Positions 54,645 through 64,000 of a stretch of DNA of 64,000 nt are shown in pieces (the first letter of the stretch is position 1; the number at the start of each line of letters is the position of its first letter). Position numbers and translations under genes: made by a program. Below the pieces are notes generated by a model, which did not search any database, was not told the origin of the DNA, and worked only from the letters and a program-made list of their open reading frames with translations. Source of the stretch: Chloroflexota bacterium (GTDB lineage Bacteria > Chloroflexota > Limnocylindria > P2-11E); contig DAIDAP010000014.1 in NCBI GenBank assembly GCA_027310565.1, positions 3,727 through 67,726 of the forward strand. The letters are read 5' to 3'.

Positions 54645-55088
54645 ATGACCTCCCAGCTCCACGCCACGCTGCCGGTCGTCGAACCCGGCCGCACCGAGAT
54701 CCACGTACCGCGCTGGGAAGGCGTCGAGCAGCAGCATGGTTTCGTGCGCGGCGGCGTGGTCGGCATGATCGCCGATTCGGCTGCCGGCCATGCGGCGCTG
54801 ACGCTGGTCTCCGCCTCGGCGTCGGTGCTGACCGTGGAGTACAAGATGAGCCTGGTCGCCCCGGCCGATGGCGAGAAGCTGATCGCCCGGGGCAGAGTGG
54901 TACGTCATGCACGGGAAGAGCGAAGAGTAGTCGAGAGCGTCAGTACGCCGCGCCGCCCGCCGAGACGCGGCCGCGGAAGCGCGCGTACACGAAGAGCGTG
55001 TAGAAGAGCACGAGCGGCATCCCCACGAGCGCGACGACGAGCATCGTCCGCAGCGTCAGCTCGGACGACGCCGCGTTCTCCACCGTGA
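54645..55088 (+). CDS. PaaI-like hotdog thioesterase, probably truncated or degenerate at the C-terminus
   Basis: The first roughly 85 aa (GFVRGGVVGMIADSAAGHAALTL...VLTVEYKMSLVAPADGEKLIARGRVV) match PaaI-family thioesterases. The remaining roughly 60 aa are Arg/Pro-rich and overlap the convergent cydB 3' end by about 150 nt. Confidence 0.35.
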   Translation: MTSQLHATLPVVEPGRTEIHVPRWEGVEQQHGFVRGGVVGMIADSAAGHAALTLVSASASVLTVEYKMSLVAPADGEKLIARGRVVRHAREERRVVESVSTPRRPPRRGRGSARTRRACRRARAASPRARRRASSAASARTTPRSPP

Positions 55089-55950
55089 GGCTGCGCGCCG
55101 CGTCGGTCGCGGGGAGCACGTCGGGGTACAGCGCGAGCGCGGCGATGGCGAGCAGCCCAGCGATCGCGAGCGACGACGCGGCGAACGCCGTGCCGTCCCG
55201 GCCCCGGGAGACCGCCCAGAAGAACGCGGCGAGGGCGGCCGCGACGACCAGCGGCGCCGCGAGCCCCACCGGGCCGAGCGCGAGATCGCGCGGGTCCGGC
55301 ACCGCGAGCGCCGCGATCGTGACGAGCAGCCACACGCCGGCGAACGCCGCGGCGCCGGCCGCGGCGGCCACGCGCGCCCGGCGCCGGACCTCGCCCTCGG
55401 TCTTGAGCGCGAGCCACGCGCCGCCCTGCATCACGAACATCGCGAGCGCGAGGACCCCGGTGAGGAGCGGCAGCGGTCCGAGCAGCCCGAGGAGCCCGCC
55501 ACGGTACGTGCCGTCCGCCTCGAGCGGAAGCCCCTGCAGCACGTTGCCGACGGCGACGCCGAAGAGGAGCGACGGCACCAGCGAGGACACCGAGAACAGG
55601 ACGTCCCAGGTGCGGCGCCACCCGGCCGAGTCGTCCTTGTCGCGGACCTCGAGCGAGATCGCGCGGAAGATGAGCCCGAGAAGCACGAGGATGAGGGCGA
55701 GGTAGAAGCCCGAGAACACCGTCGCGTACACGAGCGGGAACGCCGCGAAGAGGGCGCCGCCGGCGGTGATGAGCCAAACCTCGTTGCCGTCCCACACCGG
55801 TGCGATGCTCGCGATGACCGCGCGGCGCTCGGCGTCGTCGCGCGCGACGAGGAGATGCAGGATGCCGGCGCCGAGATCGAAGCCGTCGAGCACGGCGTAG
55901 CCGATGAGGAGCAGGGCCACCAGGACGAACCAGATCGTCGGGAGATCCAT
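54940..55950 (-). CDS. cydB: cytochrome bd ubiquinol oxidase subunit II
   Basis: 336 aa, about 8 TM, with the typical start MDLPTIWFVLVALLLIGYAVLDGFDLGAGIL. It starts 3 nt after the cydA stop. The 800-aa track ORF extension is off-frame to cydA and I reject it. Confidence 0.85.
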   Translation of the reverse strand: MDLPTIWFVLVALLLIGYAVLDGFDLGAGILHLLVARDDAERRAVIASIAPVWDGNEVWLITAGGALFAAFPLVYATVFSGFYLALILVLLGLIFRAISLEVRDKDDSAGWRRTWDVLFSVSSLVPSLLFGVAVGNVLQGLPLEADGTYRGGLLGLLGPLPLLTGVLALAMFVMQGGAWLALKTEGEVRRRARVAAAAGAAAFAGVWLLVTIAALAVPDPRDLALGPVGLAAPLVVAAALAAFFWAVSRGRDGTAFAASSLAIAGLLAIAALALYPDVLPATDAARSLTVENAASSELTLRTMLVVALVGMPLVLFYTLFVYARFRGRVSAGGAAY

Positions 55951-55952
55951 CG

Positions 55953-57272
55953 TCAAGCCTCCCCGGGGCCGCGCAGCACCTCGCGGCGGACGAGCGCGAG
56001 CCAGAGCCACGCGATCACGAGGTACGCGGCCGCGAACAGCGCGAGCGAGATCCCCAGATCCAGCGCGGTGACGTTGGGCGAGACGCCGCTCTCGGTGCGC
56101 AGCACGCCGTAGACGATCCACGGCTGCCGGCCGACCTCCGCGGTGAACCAGCCGAGCTGGATGGCGACGACGGGGATCGGGATCGACCACAGGAACGCGG
56201 TGAGCCAGCCCCGGTGCGACTCGAGGGTGCCGCGCCAGACGAGGACGGCGAGCACGAGGACCTCGAGCAGCATCAGCGTGCCGAGGATGACCATGTTGTG
56301 GTACGCGAGGAACGTGAGCGCGACGGGCGGCCAGTCCGCCGCGGGGAACTCCGACAGGCCTCGGACCGTCGCGGTGACGTTCCCGAACGCGAGCAGGCTG
56401 AGCAGCCGCGTCACGACGATCTCCGGCGCCCGCGCCGCGGCGGACGGATCCTGCGCGGGCGGAAGCGACCAGAGGACGAGCGGCGCGCCGGCGGTCGTGC
56501 TGTACAGACCCTGCATCGCGGCGAACTTCGCCGCCTGGGTGTACGCGACCTGGCGGGCGCTCTGGTCGCCGGTCACGAAGACGAGCACGATGCCGGCGAG
56601 CGCCAGCGCGAGCGCGACGCGGATCGACGCGAGCGCGACGTCGCGGCTGCGGCGTCGCAGGAGGTAGAAGGCGGAGATGCCGATGACGAGGAACGCCCCC
56701 GCGACCCACGTCGCGACGACAGTGTGCGCGAAGCGCTGGAGCGTCGACGGGTTGAAGACCGCCGCCCAGAAGTCGGTGAGCCACGCGCGGCCGCCCGCGA
56801 TCTCGAAGCCGGCCGGCGTCTGCATCCAGGAGTCGGCCACGATGATCCAGAACGCCGAGAGCGTGGAGCCGAGCGCCACGAGCACGGCCGCGAGCCAGCG
56901 CAGCCGCGAGGAGACGCGGTCGCGTCCGAACAGCAGCACACCCAGGAAGGTGGACTCGAGGAAGAAGGCGAAGAGGCCCTCCGCCGCGAGCGGCGCGCCG
57001 AACAGGTCGCCGACGAAGGCGGCGTAGCGGGCCCAGTTCGTGCCGAACTCGAACTCCAAGACCACGCCCGTGGCGACGCCCATCACGAAGGTGAGGCCGA
57101 AGATGCGCGTCCAGAAGAGCGCCGTCCGGTCCCAGAGCGGGTCGCCCGTGCGCCAGCGCAGCGTCTCGAAGACCGCGATGAGCAGGCCGAGACCGATGGT
57201 GAGCGTGGGGAAGAGGAAGTGGAACATGACGGTCATCGCGAACTGCACACGCGCGAGGATCACGGGATCCAT
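55953..57272 (-). CDS. cydA: cytochrome bd ubiquinol oxidase subunit I
   Basis: MDPVILARVQFAMTVMFHFLFPTLTIGL is the canonical CydA N-terminus with the heme-ligand His. A Q-loop region and GRQPW motif are present near the C-terminus. Confidence 0.85.
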   Translation of the reverse strand: MDPVILARVQFAMTVMFHFLFPTLTIGLGLLIAVFETLRWRTGDPLWDRTALFWTRIFGLTFVMGVATGVVLEFEFGTNWARYAAFVGDLFGAPLAAEGLFAFFLESTFLGVLLFGRDRVSSRLRWLAAVLVALGSTLSAFWIIVADSWMQTPAGFEIAGGRAWLTDFWAAVFNPSTLQRFAHTVVATWVAGAFLVIGISAFYLLRRRSRDVALASIRVALALALAGIVLVFVTGDQSARQVAYTQAAKFAAMQGLYSTTAGAPLVLWSLPPAQDPSAAARAPEIVVTRLLSLLAFGNVTATVRGLSEFPAADWPPVALTFLAYHNMVILGTLMLLEVLVLAVLVWRGTLESHRGWLTAFLWSIPIPVVAIQLGWFTAEVGRQPWIVYGVLRTESGVSPNVTALDLGISLALFAAAYLVIAWLWLALVRREVLRGPGEA

Positions 57273-57433
57273 GGCCGGAACCTCCCGGGGCCAACGCTGC
57301 CCTGGCGCCCCGGTGGGCGCACAGCGGGCACGCGCCCGTCATCCTGTCGGGCGGTCCCCGACCATACCGTGGCGGCGGCCCGCTCGACCGGTCTTCGGCG
57401 GGGTCGTTCGGGACGCCCTGCGGCGTCCGCCGA

Positions 57434-58030
57434 TCAGCGGCTGACGCTGCGCACCGCGCGCTCGGCGAGCTCCTCCGCGAGCTGCTCCGCGCGCAGCCGG
57501 CCTCGCGGCCGGTACCACTCGTACAGCCAGTTGCACATCCCGAGGATCGCGAGCGTCGCGACCTTCGCGTCGCCGCGCGCGAGCTCGCCGCGGTCCGTGC
57601 CCTCGGCGATCACGCGCTCGAACAGCGCGCGCATCGCGCGGCGCTGGGCGCGCACTCGCGCGAGGTCCGGCGGCGGCAGCGAGCGCCACTCGCGCAGGTA
57701 GAGCGCGACGGCGTCCCGGTTGTCCGTGATCGAGGCGACGTATGCCTTCACCATGCGGCGCAGCCGCGCCGGAGCGCCGTCCTCGCCGCGGGCGATCGTC
57801 TCGAGCTCGAGGACGGTGTCCTCGAGCGCGCCCTCGAAGAGCCGCGCGAGGAGCTCCTCCTTGGAGCGGATGTAGTGGTACAGGCTGCCCTTGAGCAGGC
57901 CGACGGACTCGGCGATGTTGCGCACGCTCGTGCCGTGGTAACCCCGCTCCCGGAACATCCGCGCGGCCGTCGCGAGGATCTCCGCCTCGCGATCGGTCGG
58001 CGGCCTCACCGCGCCCGGGCGCGCTGCCAT
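57434..58030 (-). CDS. TetR family transcriptional regulator
   Basis: 198 aa starting MAARPGAV (ATG revcomp at 58028-58030). HTH ILATAARMFRERGYHGTSVRNIAESVGLLKGSLYHYIRSKEEL. Confidence 0.8.
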   Translation of the reverse strand: MAARPGAVRPPTDREAEILATAARMFRERGYHGTSVRNIAESVGLLKGSLYHYIRSKEELLARLFEGALEDTVLELETIARGEDGAPARLRRMVKAYVASITDNRDAVALYLREWRSLPPPDLARVRAQRRAMRALFERVIAEGTDRGELARGDAKVATLAILGMCNWLYEWYRPRGRLRAEQLAEELAERAVRSVSR

Positions 58031-59712
58031 TCGTCGATCCGAGCGAGCACGCCGCCGTCGCCCGCGCCCATCGCCGCCGCGTTGCGCGCCGCGACGAGCT
58101 TCGCGCGCCGCGCCGCTCGCGCCGCGAGCCCGGCGCGCTCGGGGATGCGCCGGGCCTGCTCGCCGAGCGCGCGCGCGACGTGCAGGTGCGCGAGCGTCTC
58201 GGTGATGCGCTCGGCGTGGAGCAGGAACGGCGCGACCTCCGCGTCGGTCGGCTGCCGCCTGCCGCGCACCAGGTCGAGGCCGCCGCGCCGCGCGAGCGAG
58301 GCGGTCATCGCCCGGAGCGCCCCGGTGAGCGTCGCGCGCGCCACCGCGTAGTCGCCTCCCACCGGCCTGCCCGCGAGCATCGGCGTGGGCCCGCCGCGCA
58401 CGAGCGACGCGGGATGGCGCAGCAGCAGCCGCATCAGGTCGCGCACCGCCATGAGCGACTGGATCTGCGAGGTGCCCTCGTAGATCGGGAGGATGAGCGC
58501 GTCGCGCATGTGCCGCTCGACGTCGTACTCGGTCACCACGCCGTAGCCGCCGTGGATCTGGAGCGCGCTCCGGCAGACGCGGATGACCTCCTCCGCCCCG
58601 TACCACTTCACGAGCGGCGTGAGCTCGCGCAGCCGGCGCGCGGCGCCCTCGTCCTTCGCCGCGGCGACCTCGTCCTGGAGCACCGATGCCTCGGTGGCGA
58701 TCGCGCGCAGTCCGGCGATCGTGGTCTCCATCTCCATGAGCAGCTCGGCGATCATCGGGTGCTCGCGGATCGGCCGGCCCATCTGCACGCGCTCGGCGGC
58801 GTAGCGCGACGCCTTCTCGTACGCGGCCTCGGCGATGCCCAGCCCCTGGATGCCGATCGCGACGCGCGACTCGTTCATGAAGGTGAGGATCTCCCGCCAG
58901 CCCCCGCCCACCTCGCCGAGCAGCTCCGCCTTCGATCCCTCGAAGACCAGGGAGCAGGTGGTCGAGCCGCGGATGGTGAACTTGTGCTCGGCGCGCTCGA
59001 CCAGGTAGTTGTCGCCCTCGCGCTCGGCGATGAACAGACCCAGGCCGTCGAGCCCGCTCGATCCCGGCACGCACCGGGCGAGCACGATGACGAGGTCCCC
59101 GTTGCCGGCGCTGATGAACTGCTTGCGGCCGGCGAGCCTCCAGGAGCCCTGCTCCTCGCGTGCGGTCGTCTGCACGCTGCCCACGTCGGACCCGGCCTGC
59201 GGCTCGGTCATCGCGACCGCGCCCTTGAGCTCGCCGCGCACGAGCCGCGGCACGTACCGGCGCCGCTGCTCGTCCGTGCCGAAGCGCAGGATCATCGCGG
59301 CGGGCTCGCTGTAGCCGATGCCCAGCTCGACCATCGTCGCGGGGTCCGCACGAGCGATCATCCCGACGCCGAACGACGACACCGTGTAGGGGACGCCGCT
59401 GCCGCCGTACGCCTCCGGCAGCGAGAGCCCGACGAATCCGAGCTCGATGAGGCCGCGGAGGTTCGCACGCATCGGGGCGCTCGTCTCGACCCTGCCGCCG
59501 TCGCGGACGACCCCGATCGCGTCGACCTCGCGCGCGCGTCCGGCGATCTCGGTGCCGACGTACTCGCCGGCGGCCCCGAGCACCTCGCGCCACGCCGCGA
59601 CGGTCTCGCGGACGTCGGCGTCCGGACCCTGCGTCAGCGGGACGAGACGGTCCCAGGGGACGACGCGGTCGAAGGTGAGGACGAGGTCGGGGTTCTCGGT
59701 GAAGTAGTTCAT
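58006..59712 (-). CDS. acyl-CoA dehydrogenase (long, FadE-like with an extra C-terminal helical domain)
   Basis: 568 aa starting MNYFTENPDL. ACAD blocks AMTEPQAGSDVGSV, GRKQFISAG and YDVERHMRDALILPIYEGTSQIQ. The start overlaps the FadB stop (ATGA). The 227 aa upstream extension in the track is rejected. Confidence 0.85.
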   Translation of the reverse strand: MNYFTENPDLVLTFDRVVPWDRLVPLTQGPDADVRETVAAWREVLGAAGEYVGTEIAGRAREVDAIGVVRDGGRVETSAPMRANLRGLIELGFVGLSLPEAYGGSGVPYTVSSFGVGMIARADPATMVELGIGYSEPAAMILRFGTDEQRRRYVPRLVRGELKGAVAMTEPQAGSDVGSVQTTAREEQGSWRLAGRKQFISAGNGDLVIVLARCVPGSSGLDGLGLFIAEREGDNYLVERAEHKFTIRGSTTCSLVFEGSKAELLGEVGGGWREILTFMNESRVAIGIQGLGIAEAAYEKASRYAAERVQMGRPIREHPMIAELLMEMETTIAGLRAIATEASVLQDEVAAAKDEGAARRLRELTPLVKWYGAEEVIRVCRSALQIHGGYGVVTEYDVERHMRDALILPIYEGTSQIQSLMAVRDLMRLLLRHPASLVRGGPTPMLAGRPVGGDYAVARATLTGALRAMTASLARRGGLDLVRGRRQPTDAEVAPFLLHAERITETLAHLHVARALGEQARRIPERAGLAARAARRAKLVAARNAAAMGAGDGGVLARIDEWQRARAR

Positions 59713-61817
59713 GAGAAGAAGCGCCTCCCGCTGGCGAGACTCGCGGCGGGCTCGTAGCGCGCTCCGGCCGACGCGGCGAGCGCCCGCAGGCGCTCGACGA
59801 GCGCCGCGCCCCGCGCGTCCGCGTAGCGGAACGGACCGCCCAGGAACGGCGGGAAGCCCAGGCCGAGGACCGCGCCGAGGTCGCCGTCGCCCGCCGAGCG
59901 CAGGACGCCCTCGTCGAGGCAGCGCACCGCCGCGTTCACGAAGAGCGCGGTGAGCCGCTCCGCGACGTCCGGCGGCGTCGCGGCGGGGGCGGCGCCGAGC
60001 AGCTCGTACACGCGCGGGTTCGGCACGCGCCTTCGTCCGCCGTACAGGTAGAAGCCCGCGCCGCCCCGCTTGCCCTCCAGGCCCGCCTCGGCCAGCAGCG
60101 CGACGGCGTTGCGCGGCGCGTCGATGCCGGCAGCGGCGGCCACGGTGTCGCCGGCGTGCCGCGCCACCGCGAGGCCGACCTCGTCGATGAGCGCGAGCGG
60201 ACCGACCGGCCAGCCGAACGCGGTCATCGCGCGGTCCACGTCCTCGATGCGCGCGCCCTGTTCGAGCAGGTGGGTCGCCTCGCCGAGCATGAGCCCGAGG
60301 ATGCGCGTCGTGTAGAACCCGGGCCCGTCGCGCACCACGATGACGGTCGTTCCGAGCGCGTTGGCGGCCGCGACGACCCGCGCGACGGCCCACGGCTCGG
60401 CGCGCTCGGTGCGCACGACCTCGACGAGCGGCATGCGGTGGACCGGCGAGAAGAAGTGCATGCCGACCACCCGCTCGGGCCGGCGCGCGCCGGTGGCGAT
60501 CTCGGCGATGGGGAGCGCCGAGGTGTTCGACGCGATGACCGCGTCGTCGCGCGTCGCGGCCTCGAGCTCGCCGAGCACGCGGCGCTTGAGCCCGAGCTCC
60601 TCGAACACCGCCTCGATCACCAGCTCGGCCCGCGCGAACCCGGAGTAGTCGGTCGTACCCGACACCCGCGCGATCACCCGCGCGCTCTCGCGGCGCTCGA
60701 TCGCGCCTTTGCGTGACGCTTCGGTCGTCAGCGCGCGGACCGCGCCGAGGCCGCGCGCGAGCGCCGCGTCGTCGACGTCGCGCATGCGCACGGTCATGCC
60801 GGCGACCGCGGCCGCCTGCGCGATGCCCGAGCCCATGAGGCCGGCGCCGACCACCGCGACGTCGCGCGGCGCGTCGGCGCGCGGCAGCCCCTCGGACGAC
60901 GCGCGGCGCTGGCGGGTGGTGAGGAAGAAGAGCGCGATGAGGTTCCGCGCGACGTCGCTCGTCGCGAGCTCGCCGAACGCGCGCGCCTCCGCGTCGAGCC
61001 CGGCCGGCATGCCCCGGGCCAGGCCGATCGCGAGCGCGTCGAGCACGCGCGGCGGCGCGGGGTAGTGCCCGCGCGTCTCCTTCATCAAGCGCGCGCGGGC
61101 CTGCCGCAGCGCGAGCGCCCGGGCCGGCGCGACGAACGTCGCGGCGCGCTCGAGGGCGCTCCGGCCGCCCGCCGGCTCGCGCTTCGCGCCCTTGAGCGCG
61201 CGGTCGTACGCGGCGCGCTCGAGCACGGCGGGCTGCGCGAGCTCGTCGACGAGCCCCGCGCGCAGCGCGCGGCGCGCCGAGAGCCGGCGCGCGCCGAGGA
61301 TGAGGTCGAGGGCGCGGGGGAGGCCGACGAGCCGCGCGAGGCGCTGCGTCCCGCCGGCGGCCGGGATGAGCCCGAGCTGCACCTCCGGAAGCCCGACGCG
61401 CAGCTCGGGCGTGTCGGCGGCGACGCGCCAGTCGCAGGCGAGCGCGAGCTCGTACCCGCCGGCCAGCGCGCTGCCGTTCAGCGCGGCGACGCTCGTGCAG
61501 GGGAGCGCGGCGATCTCGTCGCAGAGCCGCTGCATGGCGCGGCTCGCCTCGGTGAGCTCGGCGGCGGACGGCCAGATCGAGAGGAGCTTGAGGTCGGCGC
61601 CGCCGCTGAACGTGTCCGGCTTCGCGCTCGCCAGCACGAGCCCGCGGGGCCGCGCGGCGCGCGCCGCGGCGACGGCGCCGAACAGCGCGGCGATGAGCGG
61701 CGGGTCGATGGAGTTCACGCTGTCGTTCGGCCGGTCGATCACGATGCGCCCGACGACGCCGTCGCCCGGCTCGTACGACGCCCCGGCCGGCGCGATCGAG
61801 GCGATGTCGACCGTCAC
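59709..61817 (-). CDS. fatty-acid oxidation multifunctional enzyme (enoyl-CoA hydratase + 3-hydroxyacyl-CoA dehydrogenase, FadB/FadJ-like)
   Basis: About 700 aa from a GTG overlapping the thiolase stop. N-terminal crotonase (FSGGADLK...ALNGSALAGGYELALACD). C-terminal 3HCDH Rossmann fold (VAVVGAGLMGSGIAQ) with NTSALPI...GMHFFSPV. The track ORF's 400 aa N-terminal extension runs antisense through the thiolase gene and is rejected. Confidence 0.85.
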   Translation of the reverse strand: MTVDIASIAPAGASYEPGDGVVGRIVIDRPNDSVNSIDPPLIAALFGAVAAARAARPRGLVLASAKPDTFSGGADLKLLSIWPSAAELTEASRAMQRLCDEIAALPCTSVAALNGSALAGGYELALACDWRVAADTPELRVGLPEVQLGLIPAAGGTQRLARLVGLPRALDLILGARRLSARRALRAGLVDELAQPAVLERAAYDRALKGAKREPAGGRSALERAATFVAPARALALRQARARLMKETRGHYPAPPRVLDALAIGLARGMPAGLDAEARAFGELATSDVARNLIALFFLTTRQRRASSEGLPRADAPRDVAVVGAGLMGSGIAQAAAVAGMTVRMRDVDDAALARGLGAVRALTTEASRKGAIERRESARVIARVSGTTDYSGFARAELVIEAVFEELGLKRRVLGELEAATRDDAVIASNTSALPIAEIATGARRPERVVGMHFFSPVHRMPLVEVVRTERAEPWAVARVVAAANALGTTVIVVRDGPGFYTTRILGLMLGEATHLLEQGARIEDVDRAMTAFGWPVGPLALIDEVGLAVARHAGDTVAAAAGIDAPRNAVALLAEAGLEGKRGGAGFYLYGGRRRVPNPRVYELLGAAPAATPPDVAERLTALFVNAAVRCLDEGVLRSAGDGDLGAVLGLGFPPFLGGPFRYADARGAALVERLRALAASAGARYEPAASLASGRRFFS

Positions 61818-63055
61818 GCGAGCAGCTCCAGGACGATGGCCGCGCCGTTGCCGCCGGCGGCGCAGACCGTCGCCATGCCGAACTGGGTCCCGCGGCGGCG
61901 CATCTCGTTCGCGAGCGTCGTGACGACGCGCGCGCCGGTCGCGCCGAAGGGGTGCCCGAGCGCGATCGAGCCGCCCATGACGTTCACCCGCTCCTGGTCG
62001 ATCGCGCCGACGCCGTTCCGCTCGAGCACCTGGAACGTCGACAGCACCTGCGCCGCGAATGCCTCGTGCATCTCGACGAGCCCGATCTCTCCGAGCGCGA
62101 GGCCCGCGCGCGAGAGCGCGATGGGGATCGCGTACGCCGGCGCGATGAGCAGCTGGTCGGCCGGATCGACGGCGGCGTACGCGTACGAGCGGATCGCCAC
62201 CAGGCCGGTCCGCCCCTCCGCGCGGGCGCGCTCCTCGGAGAGGAGCAGGACCGTCGCCGCGCCGTCGGTGAGCGGGCTCGCGTTCCCCGCGGTGATGGTG
62301 CCGTGCGCGCGGTCGAAGACCGGCCGCAGCGACGCGAGGCGCTCGAGCGTGGTATCGCGGCGGATGTGCGTATCGGTGCGGACGACCGCGCCGTGGCGGA
62401 ACACCGGCACGACCTCCGCCGCGAGCCGCCCGTCGTCCCAGCCCGCCGCCGCGCGCTGGTGGCTGCGCAGCGACCAGCGGTCCTGCGCCTCGCGGCCGAT
62501 GGCGTTGATCCCCGCCATCCGCTCCGCGGACTCGCCCATGGTGAGCCCGGTGGAGGTCTCGCGGATGCCGGGCGCGACCGGCGCGAGGTCGCCGAGGCGG
62601 ATGTGCGCGAAGCTCGACGCTTTGCGCGGAAGCGTCCTCGCCTGCGACGCCGCGACGAGCGCGCGCGCGAGCTTCGGCGAGTAGGTGATCGGGACGTTGG
62701 AGAGGCTCTCGGCGCCGCCCGCGAGCACCGCGTTCGCGGTGCCGACCGCGATGTGATCGGCGGCGTCGGTGATCGCGACGCACGCCGACGCGCAGGCCAT
62801 GCCGACGCTCGACGCGTAGATCGAGGTGGGCAGGCCGAGCGCGAGGACGATCTCGCGCGCGAGGTTGTGGTACGCGACCGGACGCGAGACGTTGCCGTAC
62901 ACGATCTCGTCGATCGACGACGACGGCGTCTCGCTGCGGGCGAGCGTCTCGGCGGTGGCGGCGGACGCGAGCTCGAGCACGTCGGCGTCGGCGAAGTCCG
63001 TGCCCGCTTTCACGAAGGGGGTGCGCCAGCCGCCCGCGATCACCGCACGCCGCAT
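61814..63055 (-). CDS. acetyl-CoA C-acyltransferase (thiolase)
   Basis: 413 aa. Active-site Cys block VGMACASA, plus NVMGGSIALGHPFGATGARV and GMATVCAAGGNGAAIVLE (the thiolase signatures 2 and 3). Confidence 0.85.
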   Translation of the reverse strand: MRRAVIAGGWRTPFVKAGTDFADADVLELASAATAETLARSETPSSSIDEIVYGNVSRPVAYHNLAREIVLALGLPTSIYASSVGMACASACVAITDAADHIAVGTANAVLAGGAESLSNVPITYSPKLARALVAASQARTLPRKASSFAHIRLGDLAPVAPGIRETSTGLTMGESAERMAGINAIGREAQDRWSLRSHQRAAAGWDDGRLAAEVVPVFRHGAVVRTDTHIRRDTTLERLASLRPVFDRAHGTITAGNASPLTDGAATVLLLSEERARAEGRTGLVAIRSYAYAAVDPADQLLIAPAYAIPIALSRAGLALGEIGLVEMHEAFAAQVLSTFQVLERNGVGAIDQERVNVMGGSIALGHPFGATGARVVTTLANEMRRRGTQFGMATVCAAGGNGAAIVLELLA

Positions 63056-63111
63056 CCCCTAACGGTACCAAACGAACGTTTGGTCGGGGCTCGGGTCCGG
63101 TCGGCGTCCGT

Positions 63112-63345
63112 CTACCGGCTCGAGGCCACGCGGCGCCGCGGCGAGAAGGCGTAGCGGGCGAGGAGCACGCTGATCAGGCCGGGCACGACGACCTGGATCG
63201 CGTTGAGCCGGGGCGAGAGCCGGATGCCGAAGAGACGCGGCGTGAGCCGGTTCGCCAGGAGCGAGGCGTGGAGGATCGCCTCCCACAGGGCGATCCCCGC
63301 GCCGAACGCGGCAACGGCGCGCAGCGGAAGCCGACGGATGTCCAT
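63112..63345 (-). CDS. possible small membrane protein upstream of the thiolase operon
   Basis: 77 aa hydrophobic ORF. The call rests on composition only. Confidence 0.2.
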   Translation of the reverse strand: MDIRRLPLRAVAAFGAGIALWEAILHASLLANRLTPRLFGIRLSPRLNAIQVVVPGLISVLLARYAFSPRRRVASSR

Positions 63346-63431
63346 GGCCCACCTCCCCGACCATGATGGAGCGGCCGCCGCGGCGTCGCGTCGAGCGCGG
63401 CCGACTCTGTGTCGCGTCTAATAGATCGCAG

Positions 63432-64000
63432 GTGCTCGACCCGCTGGCCCTCTTCGCTATCGGCTTCGGCGTCGGCTCCTTCGGCACGCTCGTCGGCGCC
63501 GGTGGCGGGTTCCTGCTGGTGCCGCTGCTCGCGCTGCTCGAGCCGTCGCTGCCGCCGGAGGCGATCACGTCCGTCTCGCTCGCGGTCGTCGCGCTCAACG
63601 CGAGCTCCGGTGCGCTGGCGTACGCGCGTCAGGGCCGCGTGGACTACCGCTCCGGCGTGCCGTTCGCGCTCGCCACGCTGCCGGGAAGCGTCGCCGGCGC
63701 GCTCCTCGTGCGCTTTGTGTCCCGCGGCCTGTTCGACCTCGTCTTCGCGGTGCTGCTCGTCGCCCTCGCGGTGTTCGTCGTCGTGTCGCACGAGGACGAG
63801 CCCGAGCCCGCGCCGGAGGGCGGCGGCTGGGGTCACGTGCTGCGGCAGCTCACCGACCGCGGCGGCGCCGACTACCGCTACCACGTCAACATGCCGCTCG
63901 GCCTCGCCATCAACGCGCTCGTCGGCCTGGTCTCGAGCTTCCTCGGGATCGGCGGCGGCGTCATCGCGGTCCCGGCGCTCGTCGGGCTGCTGCGCTTTCC
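63432..64000 (+). CDS. TauE/SafE (DUF81) family membrane transporter, 5' partial (continues past the window end)
   Basis: From a GTG start the translation reads LDPLALFAIGFGVGSFGTLVGAGGGFLLVPLLALL...GLVSSFLGIGGGVIAVPALVGLL, which shows the two internal G-rich repeats typical of TauE/SafE. It is not in the M-initiated ORF track. Confidence 0.6.
   Translation, partial: MLDPLALFAIGFGVGSFGTLVGAGGGFLLVPLLALLEPSLPPEAITSVSLAVVALNASSGALAYARQGRVDYRSGVPFALATLPGSVAGALLVRFVSRGLFDLVFAVLLVALAVFVVVSHEDEPEPAPEGGGWGHVLRQLTDRGGADYRYHVNMPLGLAINALVGLVSSFLGIGGGVIAVPALVGLLRF

Overview
This is a high-GC (about 70%) bacterial chromosomal segment; the gene content looks actinobacterial (Conexibacter/Solirubrobacter-like), but that attribution is inference. 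Genes are densely packed on both strands, and many neighbours have overlapping stop and start codons (ATGA/GTGA), which indicates operons. Because of the GC content the six-frame track is full of long antisense or off-frame Arg/Gly/Ala-rich ORFs, and I reject those. The left 13 kb looks accessory. It holds the C-terminus of an NRPS-like adenylating enzyme, a carrier protein and a FemAB/GNAT-like transferase. Next come two lower-GC gaps, a frameshifted SAM methyltransferase, a tyrosine integrase with an excisionase-like HTH gene, and a complete tRNA-Ser(TGA). A direct repeat of the tRNA 3' half lies 6.8 kb downstream. Between the two copies are an HNH endonuclease gene, several small ORFs, a KdpE-like response regulator, an N-terminally truncated KdpD-like kinase and an APC permease. 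The rest of the window is mostly metabolic or housekeeping. It includes a PEP-utilizing enzyme (RPH/PEP-synthase-like) with a TetR gene and a palindromic operator, and a VapBC pair. It also has a DUF1326/DUF2182 pair, a LAL-type LuxR regulator with a P450, a cupin and a hemerythrin gene, an NCS2 permease, and tRNA-Ser(GCT). A DUF1015/GNAT/LOG-like trio, a MaoC/ACAD/CitE CoA-ester module, an amidase, and an MrfA/MrfB-like helicase-exonuclease operon follow. Further along are a GH13 glucosidase and a large BNR/sortilin-like repeat protein. There is a leucine-catabolism set (HMG-CoA lyase, MCC alpha/beta, crotonase) interleaved with ArsR, a lone receiver domain and endonuclease IV. The last third holds Crp, MFS transporters, two tandem tRNA-Arg genes whose anticodons I read as GCG and TCG, cydAB, a TetR/ACAD/FadB/thiolase operon and a TauE/SafE partial gene. 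There is no CRISPR array. No single known defence system stands out. The most unusual features are the tRNA-Ser-associated mobile region with its repeated flanking motif, the MrfAB-like operon, and the atypical tRNA-Arg pair.
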